Assembly: GCA_026986575.1 (NCBI GenBank)
Contig: JALSOH010000006.1
Location: forward strand, 192,001 to 256,000
Direction of reading: 5' to 3'
Length of the DNA stretch: 64,000 bases
From: Thermoproteota archaeon
Lineage (GTDB): Archaea; Korarchaeota; Korarchaeia; Korarchaeales; Korarchaeaceae
Part shown: positions 1 to 8,644 of the stretch, one piece after another
Numbering within the stretch: position 1 is the first letter of the stretch
Layout of the letters: every line of letters begins with the position of its first letter
Program-made: the position numbers and the translations under genes
The notes under the pieces: model-generated
Database searches by the model: none
What the model was told of the DNA's origin: nothing
The model's input: only the letters and a program-made list of their open reading frames with translations

Positions 1-1
1 C

Positions 2-142
2 CCTCGATCCTCCCCTCCCGGGAGTCACCCCAGCAACTACTTTAGTTCCGTATTCGAGCATGTATCGGGTGGCGAACTCTCCTGTCCTCCCGGTTATCCT
101 CTGAACCAGAACTCTTGTATTCTCGTCGATCAATATGACCAT
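2..142 (-). CDS. sucD: Succinyl-CoA synthetase alpha-subunit-like protein, N-terminal part (runs off the window edge; not in the ORF track)
   Basis: Manual translation from ATG at 142 gives [45 protein letters not shown], the CoA-binding N-terminus of SucD. The start overlaps the ferredoxin stop (TGATG). Substrate is uncertain. Confidence 0.85.
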   Translation of the reverse strand, partial: MVILIDENTRVLVQRITGRTGEFATRYMLEYGTKVVAGVTPGRGGSR

Positions 143-399
143 CAGACCACCTCCATCGGCACCCTTACCTCGATCACGCCGCTCCCATACCACTGGCAGT
201 AGATCTCGCAGGCGAGGCACTCATTATCTATCCTCACGGCTTCCTGAGGGGAAACAGCTAACGCTGGCTTACCGTCCTCTATCTTCAGTATGTTCCGGCC
301 GTATAGTCTGCAGGCCTTCACGCAGGCGAAACCGCAGTCCGGGGCCACACATCCATCTAAATTTATTATCACTTCGGCCGTTCTAGTCCTGAACCTCAT
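142..399 (-). CDS. Small 4Fe-4S ferredoxin-like protein
   Basis: CX4CX3CX3C and DxxCxxCxxxC motifs. Likely start is ATG at 399 after a GGAGGGAG RBS. Lies between the sucC-like and sucD-like genes. Confidence 0.8.
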   Translation of the reverse strand: MRFRTRTAEVIINLDGCVAPDCGFACVKACRLYGRNILKIEDGKPALAVSPQEAVRIDNECLACEIYCQWYGSGVIEVRVPMEVV

Positions 400-1642
400 T
401 TCTCTCCCTCCTATATTCCTCAACAAGCTCCAGGACCCTATCCGCTATGTAATCGGTCTCATAGATGTAGTCCCTGCCGTAGAGCTCGAACCTTATCGGG
501 AGGTCTCTAACCCCTCTCCTGATTATCTCGTGGCTCTCCTCCTCCTTGTTTCCAGCAAGCAGGATTACTGCCGGGAATCCCGGCCTATCCCTCAGCATCT
601 CGTTGAATGCCTTCACAATGGCGTGAGCGTGGTGCCACTGCTCCTGACTCGCCAGAACGCTCCCCATCATCACGTACCCCTCTATCCCCGGAATGGAGAG
701 GATCGTCCTGATCACCCTGTAGACCTTAGATGCCGGTGGGTCACCGCTTGTATCAGAGTAATTGGCTAGTTTAAGCCCCCTCCTTATCAGCGCATCCGCT
801 GCCAGCATCGCGCCTCCTCCGCCTATCCCGTGGAATCCTATGTAACCCTCGGACGCCTCTGTTGTCAGCTGGATGAAGTACCCCGTCCCCCTCGGATCGG
901 CATCGTCCCAGTACCACATCCTCCTCTCCAGATCGGTCGGCTCTCTGTTCAGGTCCTTGGGGACCTCCACCTCGACATCGGGGTGCCTGAAGAGCGCGTG
1001 ATCATCGAGGTCTATCCTCGCATCCAGTGCCACCAAGCCCTCGTCCGTAAGGGCGAGGGGATTCACCTCTACACTCCTAGCGTCATATTCCACGAAAATG
1101 TCGTAGAGCTTCAGTGCGACGTCTACCGCCTCGCTTGGCATCCCCACTTGAGAGAACTCCTCCTCTACTATCTCCCTTCCCAATCCGTCCAGGTAGTCCA
1201 CAGGTATTCTGGCCACACCCTCCGACCTCTCCTCGATGCCCGTACCGCCGAAGGGGCTGGCCAGCAGCATGGGAGATCTGAACCTCATTGAATCGTTTAT
1301 AACGACGCTGAGGAACAGCTCAGCCCTCACATCTATCCTTCTCTCGACGAGGACTTTCTTGGGCCTGAATCCCCTGAAGTAGGAGGAAAGCATCTCCTCA
1401 GCAGCCAGGCGAGCCTCTTCCGGCGATGATGCAAACCTGACGCCGCCCACATCGTGCCTTCCAGTGAAGGGAAGCTGTGCTTTCACTACAACACTGCCCT
1501 CCAGCTTTCTAGCTATTGCCTCGGCTTCTTTCGGATCAGAGGCTATTTCTCCATCCGGTACAACTATTCCGTGATCCCTCAATATCCTCTTGGACTGATA
1601 CTCGAGGAGCTTGGCCCTAGTATCACCCAGCGATCCCTTCAC
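383..1642 (-). CDS. sucC: Succinyl-CoA synthetase beta-subunit-like ATP-grasp ligase (divergent C-terminal domain)
   Basis: LLEYQSK, VVKAQ..GR..GGV, EVNPL and LDAR..DD.ALFRH ATP-grasp motifs. The C-terminal motifs GGGGAML and ANYSDTSGDP differ from canonical SucC. Confidence 0.8.
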   Translation of the reverse strand: MKGSLGDTRAKLLEYQSKRILRDHGIVVPDGEIASDPKEAEAIARKLEGSVVVKAQLPFTGRHDVGGVRFASSPEEARLAAEEMLSSYFRGFRPKKVLVERRIDVRAELFLSVVINDSMRFRSPMLLASPFGGTGIEERSEGVARIPVDYLDGLGREIVEEEFSQVGMPSEAVDVALKLYDIFVEYDARSVEVNPLALTDEGLVALDARIDLDDHALFRHPDVEVEVPKDLNREPTDLERRMWYWDDADPRGTGYFIQLTTEASEGYIGFHGIGGGGAMLAADALIRRGLKLANYSDTSGDPPASKVYRVIRTILSIPGIEGYVMMGSVLASQEQWHHAHAIVKAFNEMLRDRPGFPAVILLAGNKEEESHEIIRRGVRDLPIRFELYGRDYIYETDYIADRVLELVEEYRRERNEVQD

Positions 1643-1746
1643 CGATACGATAAATTGTTTCCTCTCTTCCTCCGTTGGAGACGCTGGGGATCCTTAGTAT
1701 TACATCGTCAGCTCACTTTAATTTTGGGTACCCGTCCTTCTATCCG

Positions 1747-2157
1747 ATGGATGAAAGCAGGCTTGCTAGATACAGAGAAAAAATGGAATACGTTATAGAT
1801 GCATTGGAATCTATCAGGGAACCGAGAACTCAACTTGAGCTGTCTGGTGTGTTCTATAACCTCATAACCTCTATAGAGGCTTCTATGGATCTAATAGCGA
1901 TGCTTCTAAGGGATTTGGGGGAAAGGATAGAAGATGACTACACAAATGTGGATAAGCTTGTGAAATTGGGTATCTTAAGTGATGAATTGGGAGAGAGTCT
2001 GAAAAAGTGCAACGGGCTGAGAAACTGGTTGGTTCACAGGTATAACAGAGTAGATCCTGAACTGGTGATGGAGTCTGTGGAGGAGGTGAAAGAGACGCTG
2101 TACTCCCTGCTGAGGAGACTGGAGGAGGTGCTAAATGAGATCGCTGGATCAGATTAG
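1747..2157 (+). CDS. hepT: HEPN (DUF86) ribonuclease toxin
   Basis: RNWLVHRY matches the RX4HXY motif. Likely start is ATG at 1747. Overlaps the downstream MNT gene. Confidence 0.9.
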   Translation: MDESRLARYREKMEYVIDALESIREPRTQLELSGVFYNLITSIEASMDLIAMLLRDLGERIEDDYTNVDKLVKLGILSDELGESLKKCNGLRNWLVHRYNRVDPELVMESVEEVKETLYSLLRRLEEVLNEIAGSD

Positions 2158-2557
2158 GAGAGATCTGAGGTTTCTCTCTTCGTACGAAGTGGTCTTATAC
2201 GGCTCCTATGTTACAGGAGAGTACACAAGGGAGTCCGACATAGATGTGGCAGTCATCACGCGAGAGAAGGACAGGAACAGGAACTTCAAGATCCAGCTCG
2301 ATATCTGGGGAAAGGTGCCCTCGCCCATATATGATGTGAGGGTGTTCGAACTGTTACCGATAAGGGTCAAGGCCTCGGTGATCGGCGGGTACTTGGTCCT
2401 CTTCGGAAGTGAGCCCGATATTTCGGAGTACTTCTACAGCTGGAGGAAGACATGGGAAGAGGTTAGAAGGAGAATAGAGCCCATGTCCATAGAGGAGAAG
2501 ATTAAGGCGGTTAGGAGAAGGAAGAAGATCCTGAAAACTATCACTAGACCCGAGTAG
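2135..2557 (+). CDS. mntA: Minimal nucleotidyltransferase (MNT) antitoxin
   Basis: YGSYVTGEYTRESDIDVAV matches the GSX10DXD motif; adjacent to the HEPN gene. Confidence 0.9.
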   Translation: MRSLDQIRRDLRFLSSYEVVLYGSYVTGEYTRESDIDVAVITREKDRNRNFKIQLDIWGKVPSPIYDVRVFELLPIRVKASVIGGYLVLFGSEPDISEYFYSWRKTWEEVRRRIEPMSIEEKIKAVRRRKKILKTITRPE

Positions 2558-2585
2558 ATGTCCTCACTTCTGGATGATGTTCCAG

Positions 2586-3275
2586 TCATCTGAAGAGGGA
2601 GAGCGCGGGGAACATGCCGTATACTAGGAGGTTGTTCACGAGATGATAGTAAAAGCTGGCATAGGTGCCCCTCCTCAAGAACAGCCATGTGTCCAATATG
2701 GCCCATCCCAGTATGCAAAGCATTATTCTAGGCCCGAAGTATATGTGTAGGAGCGTGAAGAACGCAATAGAGATTGCAGCCGAAAGAATAAGGTTGCCAG
2801 TCAGAGAGTAAAGCCTAGTTATCGAATATCCCCTGTAAAACGTCTCCTCGAAGAAAGCGGCAGAGACACCCCAAGTAAGGAAGGCCACAATCTCGGAGGG
2901 ATGGCTCAGGCCCCTCCTAGTCATCTCTTCAAGATATCCAGTTCCAAGACCTAGCTGGCTCCCGATCCAGTAAAGGAACCCCCAGAGGGCCCATGCCGCA
3001 ATCAAGAAGATCATGGACTCGGCGAATGCCCTTAATCCCTTCTCACCGAACCAGATGCTGCTCCACTCGGATCCCTCCCATCTCATCACGAGTAGCAGGA
3101 TCACGAAGCCCGTCACCTGGGCAAGGGTATAGGACAGGACGGTCCACACGCCCCTCAATCCCGTTGAGATCATCAGCTCCCTATATAGGGGGGTGATCAT
3201 CCAGAAGCCGATCAGGGAGATGGCTAATCCCACGGCTGCGGGACCCTTGGGATATTCCCTCCGCTCCATTCCCAT
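2586..3275 (-). CDS. CPBP/Abi (CAAX-protease-like) intramembrane metalloprotease
   Basis: Multiple TM segments with EETFYRG, F..LH and H..NN motifs. Confidence 0.85.
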   Translation of the reverse strand: MGMERREYPKGPAAVGLAISLIGFWMITPLYRELMISTGLRGVWTVLSYTLAQVTGFVILLLVMRWEGSEWSSIWFGEKGLRAFAESMIFLIAAWALWGFLYWIGSQLGLGTGYLEEMTRRGLSHPSEIVAFLTWGVSAAFFEETFYRGYSITRLYSLTGNLILSAAISIAFFTLLHIYFGPRIMLCILGWAILDTWLFLRRGTYASFYYHLVNNLLVYGMFPALSLFR

Positions 3276-3370
3276 CCCCCATCCAGGAGGTTATGGGAGG
3301 GAGTTAAAAGGTATCCCTCAGTCCGAAAAACAGACATGGACAGGGAAATAACTAGGAATATGGAAGGCAC

Positions 3371-4273
3371 TCACCAAGGAACCTTCCCGTCAAGTATGTC
3401 CTTCAGGGGTCTCTTCCACAGGAGGTGGAATACCCTCCTCTCCTTCCTATCGTACACCGCCTCGAAATCAACATATCCCTTAGTCATGTAGTAGAGCATG
3501 GCCTCAGCCGTGTGCTCCCTCCACTTTCCTACCGTACCTCTCTCCCTAGCCTCTGAGACGCTGTAAGGCACCTCTATAAGCACAAGCTCGCTCTCGACTC
3601 TCTTGAATCCCTTAGGAACCTCTGAATCCAATACCACTACCTCCTCGGCCCCAGCCTCCAAGGCCTCCTTGAGGGAAGGAGAACTCAGCTCACCCTTGGC
3701 CTTTCTTTTCACTCTCTCGCTATCCAAGAACCACCATACCTTCAGCCTATCAGTTCTTAATCCCCTGTTTATCTCATCGTTTATCTCACCGTAGTAGTTC
3801 ACTACGTACTCCCAGCTCACGACACCTAGCTTACCTAGGTTGAACCTCGTGTTCAACCCTTGGAGGGGATCAAAGGTCCACCTCGCTCTAGTGAGCCCCT
3901 GCTCAAGCGCCAGCTCTCTTTGAGCCTGTTTTATCCTGAAGCCCAGTCCTGAATACTTAAGCTCCTCGACAACTGCACTTTGGTGGGAATAATGGTATAA
4001 GCCCTTCTCGTCCCTAGCTAGAAAGCCCCAAGCGAACCCCACGGCTCTACCGGTCTCCAAGTCGAAAGCGGCTACCACTATACCAGAGTTATCGGCGGCG
4101 GCCTTGAGCACATGAGACGGGGTGGCTTCGGTCCGGTCCTTACCCATCCTCCAAGCTGATGCCTGAACCTCCACCAGCTCTCTAAACTCCTCCGGCCTTT
4201 TAACAGGCCTTATCTCGACCCTGAGGGTTCTACCACTCCTATCCTTGAGTTCGACGATCCCTAAGTGGGTCAT
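3371..4273 (-). CDS. GNAT-family acyltransferase (COG3375-like)
   Basis: YSHQSAV...GLGFRIKQAQR, WTFDPLQ..N.RFNL.KLG and TDRL...W motifs. Confidence 0.8.
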   Translation of the reverse strand: MTHLGIVELKDRSGRTLRVEIRPVKRPEEFRELVEVQASAWRMGKDRTEATPSHVLKAAADNSGIVVAAFDLETGRAVGFAWGFLARDEKGLYHYSHQSAVVEELKYSGLGFRIKQAQRELALEQGLTRARWTFDPLQGLNTRFNLGKLGVVSWEYVVNYYGEINDEINRGLRTDRLKVWWFLDSERVKRKAKGELSSPSLKEALEAGAEEVVVLDSEVPKGFKRVESELVLIEVPYSVSEARERGTVGKWREHTAEAMLYYMTKGYVDFEAVYDRKERRVFHLLWKRPLKDILDGKVPW

Positions 4274-4277
4274 CTCT

Positions 4278-4940
4278 CTAAACTCGGGAGGCTTCTTTAT
4301 CCCCTTTACGGGTCCTTCTCTTCACTAATATGTAGCCTGCTATCCCAAATACCATGATTATCGCAACTGCCGTCTCGGCCGTATCCAATACAGATACCAG
4401 CTCCTTGTAGGCGATCCCTAACAAGTACCCAGCTATACCTAGGACGAAATATCGTGGAAACGCTCCCAATAAGGTAAAGAGGGAGAAGCGGTAAGGGTCC
4501 ATACGGATTATCCCTGCTCCAATCGACACGGGGGAGAGAGGAATTATCGGCAATGCCCTAGAGAAGAAGAGGCCCAACCACTTCCTCTCATTTCTTATCC
4601 TGTCCGAGAAACTCTCTATCTCCTCCCAGCTTATCCCTAGGTACTTACCGAACCTCTCGACTAGCGGCTTACCGCCGTAGTAACCCAGAGCGTAATGAGC
4701 TAGGGAGCCGAGCGTAGCCGCCATGCTCCCAACTAATCCAATGGTGAATGTGGCCACGTAGAGCACGTACATGGGGGAAGAATTAGGAGGGATGAGGGAG
4801 AATCCAGCAGCCATTGGAACGAGGGGAGAAGGGATTAAAGTGATGGCGGTTTCCACCATCACACCACCGAAGACCCCAAGCCAGCCAAGCTCCCTTATCC
4901 AAGCACTGACCGTCTCTATCAGGATTTCCGTCAGGGACAT
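4278..4940 (-). CDS. DedA/VTT family membrane protein
   Basis: E....PIPS-like motif, GS...Y.LGYYGG, and FFSRALP. Confidence 0.9.
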   Translation of the reverse strand: MSLTEILIETVSAWIRELGWLGVFGGVMVETAITLIPSPLVPMAAGFSLIPPNSSPMYVLYVATFTIGLVGSMAATLGSLAHYALGYYGGKPLVERFGKYLGISWEEIESFSDRIRNERKWLGLFFSRALPIIPLSPVSIGAGIIRMDPYRFSLFTLLGAFPRYFVLGIAGYLLGIAYKELVSVLDTAETAVAIIMVFGIAGYILVKRRTRKGDKEASRV

Positions 4941-4986
4941 TTCCTGCGTGACCGCATTTTACCCAATTTAAGTTTGATTTGGGGGG

Positions 4987-5619
4987 TCAGGCCAGCCTCT
5001 TGACCCTGCCGGCCTTGACCTCCACCATCCCCTCCTCGTTCAGCAGCTCCACTGCCTTGGATACCCACCACCTATCGATGTTCAACTCCTTTGTGAGCTC
5101 GACGGTGGTCTTCTCCCCATTTAGGTGCTCCATCACTCTATCCGCTATGGCCTCTATCAGTGGCCTCGGATCTGATGAGAGCCTCTCGGCCACCACAGCG
5201 GCAACTGCTCTGCTCACGCCCAACGTATCCATAACATCCCTAATGGTCACCTTTCTCAATCCGCCCTCCCTCACTTTCTTCCTCACGTATTCGTTGACCA
5301 ACTCCTCCAAACTCTCCTCATCTGGGAGCTCCAGCAATACCTCCAGATCTATCTCCAACGTGATTCTCTTCCTAGTTAACGCATAAAGCTTGGCTGGCCT
5401 CCCTCTTCCCCTCCTCTTCTCTATTATCCTGATGAGTCCAGCCTCCTCCAAGTCCCTCAGATGAGAGGTTATGGCCGGCAAGGTGAGTCCGAACTCGTTG
5501 GCCAGATCGGTGGCCGAGGCCGGACTCCTGAGCAGCCTCTTGAGTATTCTGAGCTTGCTGTCGCTGCTCAGAGCGTCCAAGATCTTCTTAGCTCTATATA
5601 TCCTTGATCTGACGTACAA
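4987..5619 (-). CDS. ArsR-family HTH transcriptional regulator with an additional C-terminal wHTH
   Basis: ALSSDSKLRILKRL...ATDLA...ITSHLRDLEEAGLI...GRPAKLY. Confidence 0.85.
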   Translation of the reverse strand: MYVRSRIYRAKKILDALSSDSKLRILKRLLRSPASATDLANEFGLTLPAITSHLRDLEEAGLIRIIEKRRGRGRPAKLYALTRKRITLEIDLEVLLELPDEESLEELVNEYVRKKVREGGLRKVTIRDVMDTLGVSRAVAAVVAERLSSDPRPLIEAIADRVMEHLNGEKTTVELTKELNIDRWWVSKAVELLNEEGMVEVKAGRVKRLA

Positions 5620-5637
5620 GGAAAGTCCCTCCTCTGA

Positions 5638-6309
5638 TCATCTCCTAACGCGCCTCAGATCAAGCTGAACGCTGTAAGAATCGATCTCCACCTCGACTAC
5701 CTTCTCTCCCTGTCCGAAGGTCTTCTCTATGACCCCTCCCTCGGTCCTCTGCCCATCGTAGTAGACCGAACCCTCTAGGGCCCTGACCTTCACGTGAACC
5801 TTAGCATCTTCGGGAACGTAGAGGGTCAGCTTCACACTTCCCTTGTCGATCTCAACGGAGACTTTCTCTTCAGCCTCGAGGGATCCTTCAACGCTTCCCA
5901 TACCCATTTCCACGCTCAGGGTTCTTACTGATGCATCCCTCACGGTCAATGCTCCCATACCCATCTTCACTTTTAGCTCACCATTCCATCCGTCTGGCAG
6001 GTGCAGAGCCAACCTCCCCGCCACCATCCTCCCAGTTCCTTCCTCCACAACTGGAGATACTCCCTCCATGACTATGCTGGGCTCCCGAATCGCTGGATCC
6101 GCAGTTACGTCCACCTGCCCCATGTCCACGATCAGCGATATGGTATCGGAGGAGATCCCGCCCGAGTATGAGCCCCTGCCGGTCACCCAGGGAAGTGGGA
6201 TCGGGCCAGCCTCGTACTTGTACTTTATGGTGGTGGGCACTAGGGAGACGGCCACGGAGAACAGCAGCAGCCCCAGTATGAGAGCACCTACCCTCTCTTC
6301 ATTGCCCAT
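5638..6309 (-). CDS. Membrane-anchored beta-repeat protein (DUF4097/LiaG-like)
   Basis: N-terminal TM helix followed by repeated V.MG.G.V beta motifs. Confidence 0.55.
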   Translation of the reverse strand: MGNEERVGALILGLLLFSVAVSLVPTTIKYKYEAGPIPLPWVTGRGSYSGGISSDTISLIVDMGQVDVTADPAIREPSIVMEGVSPVVEEGTGRMVAGRLALHLPDGWNGELKVKMGMGALTVRDASVRTLSVEMGMGSVEGSLEAEEKVSVEIDKGSVKLTLYVPEDAKVHVKVRALEGSVYYDGQRTEGGVIEKTFGQGEKVVEVEIDSYSVQLDLRRVRR

Positions 6310-6313
6310 AAGA

Positions 6314-6982
6314 TCACCTCCTCCCCTCTAGATAAATCAGGGCTATACCAACGACAGTTATCACCAGCCCTACAGCCCCCAATTTCGATGTCAGTGCTAT
6401 GGCCACTATGACAGCCACGAGGGGACCGACGATGGATGCCACTATCGCGTTCCCCAAGCTCATCTCGTAGTTCACCGAGGTGGCTACCACTATCAGGTAG
6501 AGGGACCAGAGGCTGAACGGGATGACCAGCACGATGGACACGATCAGGAGTATGTGGGAGAACAGATAGCCGATAGCAGCGAGAGCCGTGGGGAACACAA
6601 GAGGAGCGCTGGAGAAAGCGACGAGTCCTACGATGTCGTCCCACCTACCCTCTTCATGTCTCATCAACCTAGCGGTTATGTGTATAAGGGATGAGTAGAT
6701 CAGGAGGTCTATTAGCCCGCCAGCCACCCCTATCACGCCAGCTAGATTGGCTGCTAGCTCCAATAGCCAGCCTATGTTGTAAAGCGGTATCCGACCCAGC
6801 AGACCCACGAACCCCTTCACCGTGAGTGCTGTGAGAGCGAAGCTCACCCCGACGTAGAGGGCCAAGGGTAGGGCAGATGAATACCTCTCCACTATATGGG
6901 TGTCGAATGCCTCCCTCGGCGCCAGCAATACCTTCCCCAATCTGTAGAGGACATCCTCCAGCTCTCTCATCTCATCACCCAA
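6314..6982 (-). CDS. Yip1-domain membrane protein
   Basis: LLAPREAF, H.TARL, AFSSAP and WSLYL pattern with about 6 TM helices. Confidence 0.8.
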   Translation of the reverse strand: MGDEMRELEDVLYRLGKVLLAPREAFDTHIVERYSSALPLALYVGVSFALTALTVKGFVGLLGRIPLYNIGWLLELAANLAGVIGVAGGLIDLLIYSSLIHITARLMRHEEGRWDDIVGLVAFSSAPLVFPTALAAIGYLFSHILLIVSIVLVIPFSLWSLYLIVVATSVNYEMSLGNAIVASIVGPLVAVIVAIALTSKLGAVGLVITVVGIALIYLEGRR

Positions 6983-6996
6983 CTTTCTAAACTTAC

Positions 6997-7017
6997 TTAC
7001 TTAAGTAAATTATAAAT
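6997..7017 (-). promoter_or_regulatory. TATA box with an adjacent perfect 12-bp palindrome (putative operator)
   Basis: TTACTTAAGTAA at 6997-7008 lies directly downstream of TTTATAA (minus strand, ~7010-7016), before the Yip1 start. Confidence 0.6.
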
Positions 7018-7146
7018 GTTTCCGATGTGCCGGGTCGAACCTCCCTCCAAACTGGAAATTATTTTGACCTCTTCGGGCCGAGATACGCCCTCTTGCCAGT
7101 TAACTTTTTAAATAGGAAGGTCTTAGGCCCCCTCAACGGGAGGTTG

Positions 7147-7188
7147 AGGTGATGTCCCGCCAATTTCAGGTGATGTCCCGCCAATATC
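7147..7188 (+). repeat. 21-bp tandem duplication
   Basis: AGGTGATGTCCCGCCAATTTC followed by AGGTGATGTCCCGCCAATATC (1 mismatch). Confidence 0.95.
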
Positions 7189-7189
7189 G

Positions 7190-7489
7190 ATGAGTGATTC
7201 CTCCCTGAGGGAATCTCTGGTTTTGTTCGGACTTTTCAAGTTGACCTCTCGCCAGAAGGCGGTCCTCACCCTGACGCTTCGATTCAACGGAAAGATATCC
7301 GCCAGTTCCATGGCCAAGATAGCGAGGGACGAGTTCAACATACCGGTCTCGTCATTCTGGTTCGCTTTGAGGGATCTTAGGAAGCTGAGACTCGTAGAAT
7401 TCGGCAATGGAGAGCCTATACGTCTCACACCAGCTGGAGAGGTAGTGGCGGAGGCCCTGAAGGGGGTGGCATGGTGGGAAAGAGAGTAG
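7190..7489 (+). CDS. Small winged-helix DNA-binding protein leading the lysC-asd operon
   Basis: LTSRQK...SASSMAK...IPVSSFWFALRDLRKLRLV...LTPAG wHTH pattern; overlaps lysC. Confidence 0.7.
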   Translation: MSDSSLRESLVLFGLFKLTSRQKAVLTLTLRFNGKISASSMAKIARDEFNIPVSSFWFALRDLRKLRLVEFGNGEPIRLTPAGEVVAEALKGVAWWERE

Positions 7490-8640
7490 TAGTGAAGCTG
7501 GGAGGCTCCGTTCTCAAGGGACCGGAGGACTTCAAGAGTATAGCTGAGATAACTAAGAGGGAGTTCGAGCAGGGGCACGAGCTGCTACTGGTAGTTTCAG
7601 CCATGAAGGGGCACACAGACCAGTTGATAGACATGGCTGAAAGGGTCGGTGCTAGCGACGAGCTTCTAGACTCTATCGCTGGCATGGGGGAAGTGCTGTC
7701 CGCTAGGCTGATGGCAGCAGCGCTGAACTCGGAGGGCGTTCCCTCGGTGGCCATAGATCCGAGCTCACCTAAGTGGCCGGTGATAACTAACGATAGATTC
7801 GGCGACGCTGATCCCGACCTTCCTAGGACCTGCGGAGCTGCAATATCACACATAGAGCCTCTCCTAGGAAGCGTAGTTCCGGTCATATGCGGCTACATAG
7901 GAAAGACCAAGGATGGCAAGCTCACTACACTAGGCAGGGGTGGTAGCGACACAACTGCCGTGACCCTAGCTAGGTGCCTTAACGCAGACGAGGTCGTCCT
8001 AGTCAAGGACTCCAAGGGAATAATGACCGCCGATCCTAAGGTGGTGGAAAATGCCCATCAGATAAGTGAGCTGAAGGCTGAAGAGGCGCTGATGATGTCC
8101 TTGGGAGGGGCTAGGGTACTGCACCACAAAGCGATCCGCTACCTGGCACCGACCGTGAGGATGAGGGTGGTCTCCATAGGCGAGGGGAGATTCACTGGCG
8201 GCGGTACCGTGGTACACGGCCACATCCCCGATTTACATGTGGAGATACACGAAAAGCCCGTCAGTATGGTGACCTTGCTCATGAATGGTCACGGACTCAA
8301 CTTGAGTGGGATGGAGGGCATACTCTCCATAAGCACGCTCGACAAGGCCACTATAATGTATGTCGATGGAGATTCAGAGGGCACGGTGAGGAACCTGCAT
8401 TCCTTGGTAGAGAGGGGAGATGCGAAGGCGGTAACGGTCAGGAGGGATGTGGCGATGATAAGGGTGTGGGGAGCGGCCATAGAGGAGGTCCCTGGGGTGA
8501 TCCACAAGATATCCGAACCCTTGGCTGCGATGGGTATAAACATACTGGGCCTCCAGACGGTTCACAACAGGATCGCTGTTTTTGTTGACTGGAAGGACAG
8601 GGAGAGGGCCGCTGAGGAACTCAGAGTGATCTTGGGGTGA
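7471..8640 (+). CDS. lysC: Aspartate kinase
   Basis: VVKLGGS, VVSAM, TTLGRGGSDTTA and TADP motifs; C-terminal ACT domains. Confidence 0.95.
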   Translation: MVGKRVVVKLGGSVLKGPEDFKSIAEITKREFEQGHELLLVVSAMKGHTDQLIDMAERVGASDELLDSIAGMGEVLSARLMAAALNSEGVPSVAIDPSSPKWPVITNDRFGDADPDLPRTCGAAISHIEPLLGSVVPVICGYIGKTKDGKLTTLGRGGSDTTAVTLARCLNADEVVLVKDSKGIMTADPKVVENAHQISELKAEEALMMSLGGARVLHHKAIRYLAPTVRMRVVSIGEGRFTGGGTVVHGHIPDLHVEIHEKPVSMVTLLMNGHGLNLSGMEGILSISTLDKATIMYVDGDSEGTVRNLHSLVERGDAKAVTVRRDVAMIRVWGAAIEEVPGVIHKISEPLAAMGINILGLQTVHNRIAVFVDWKDRERAAEELRVILG

Positions 8641-8644
8641 TGTG

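Noticed and set aside
2550-2593. Possible C/D box sRNA (ATGATG...CTGA) between the MNT and CPBP genes
   Set aside because: Only a C'/D-like half is present, with no convincing C box or D' box
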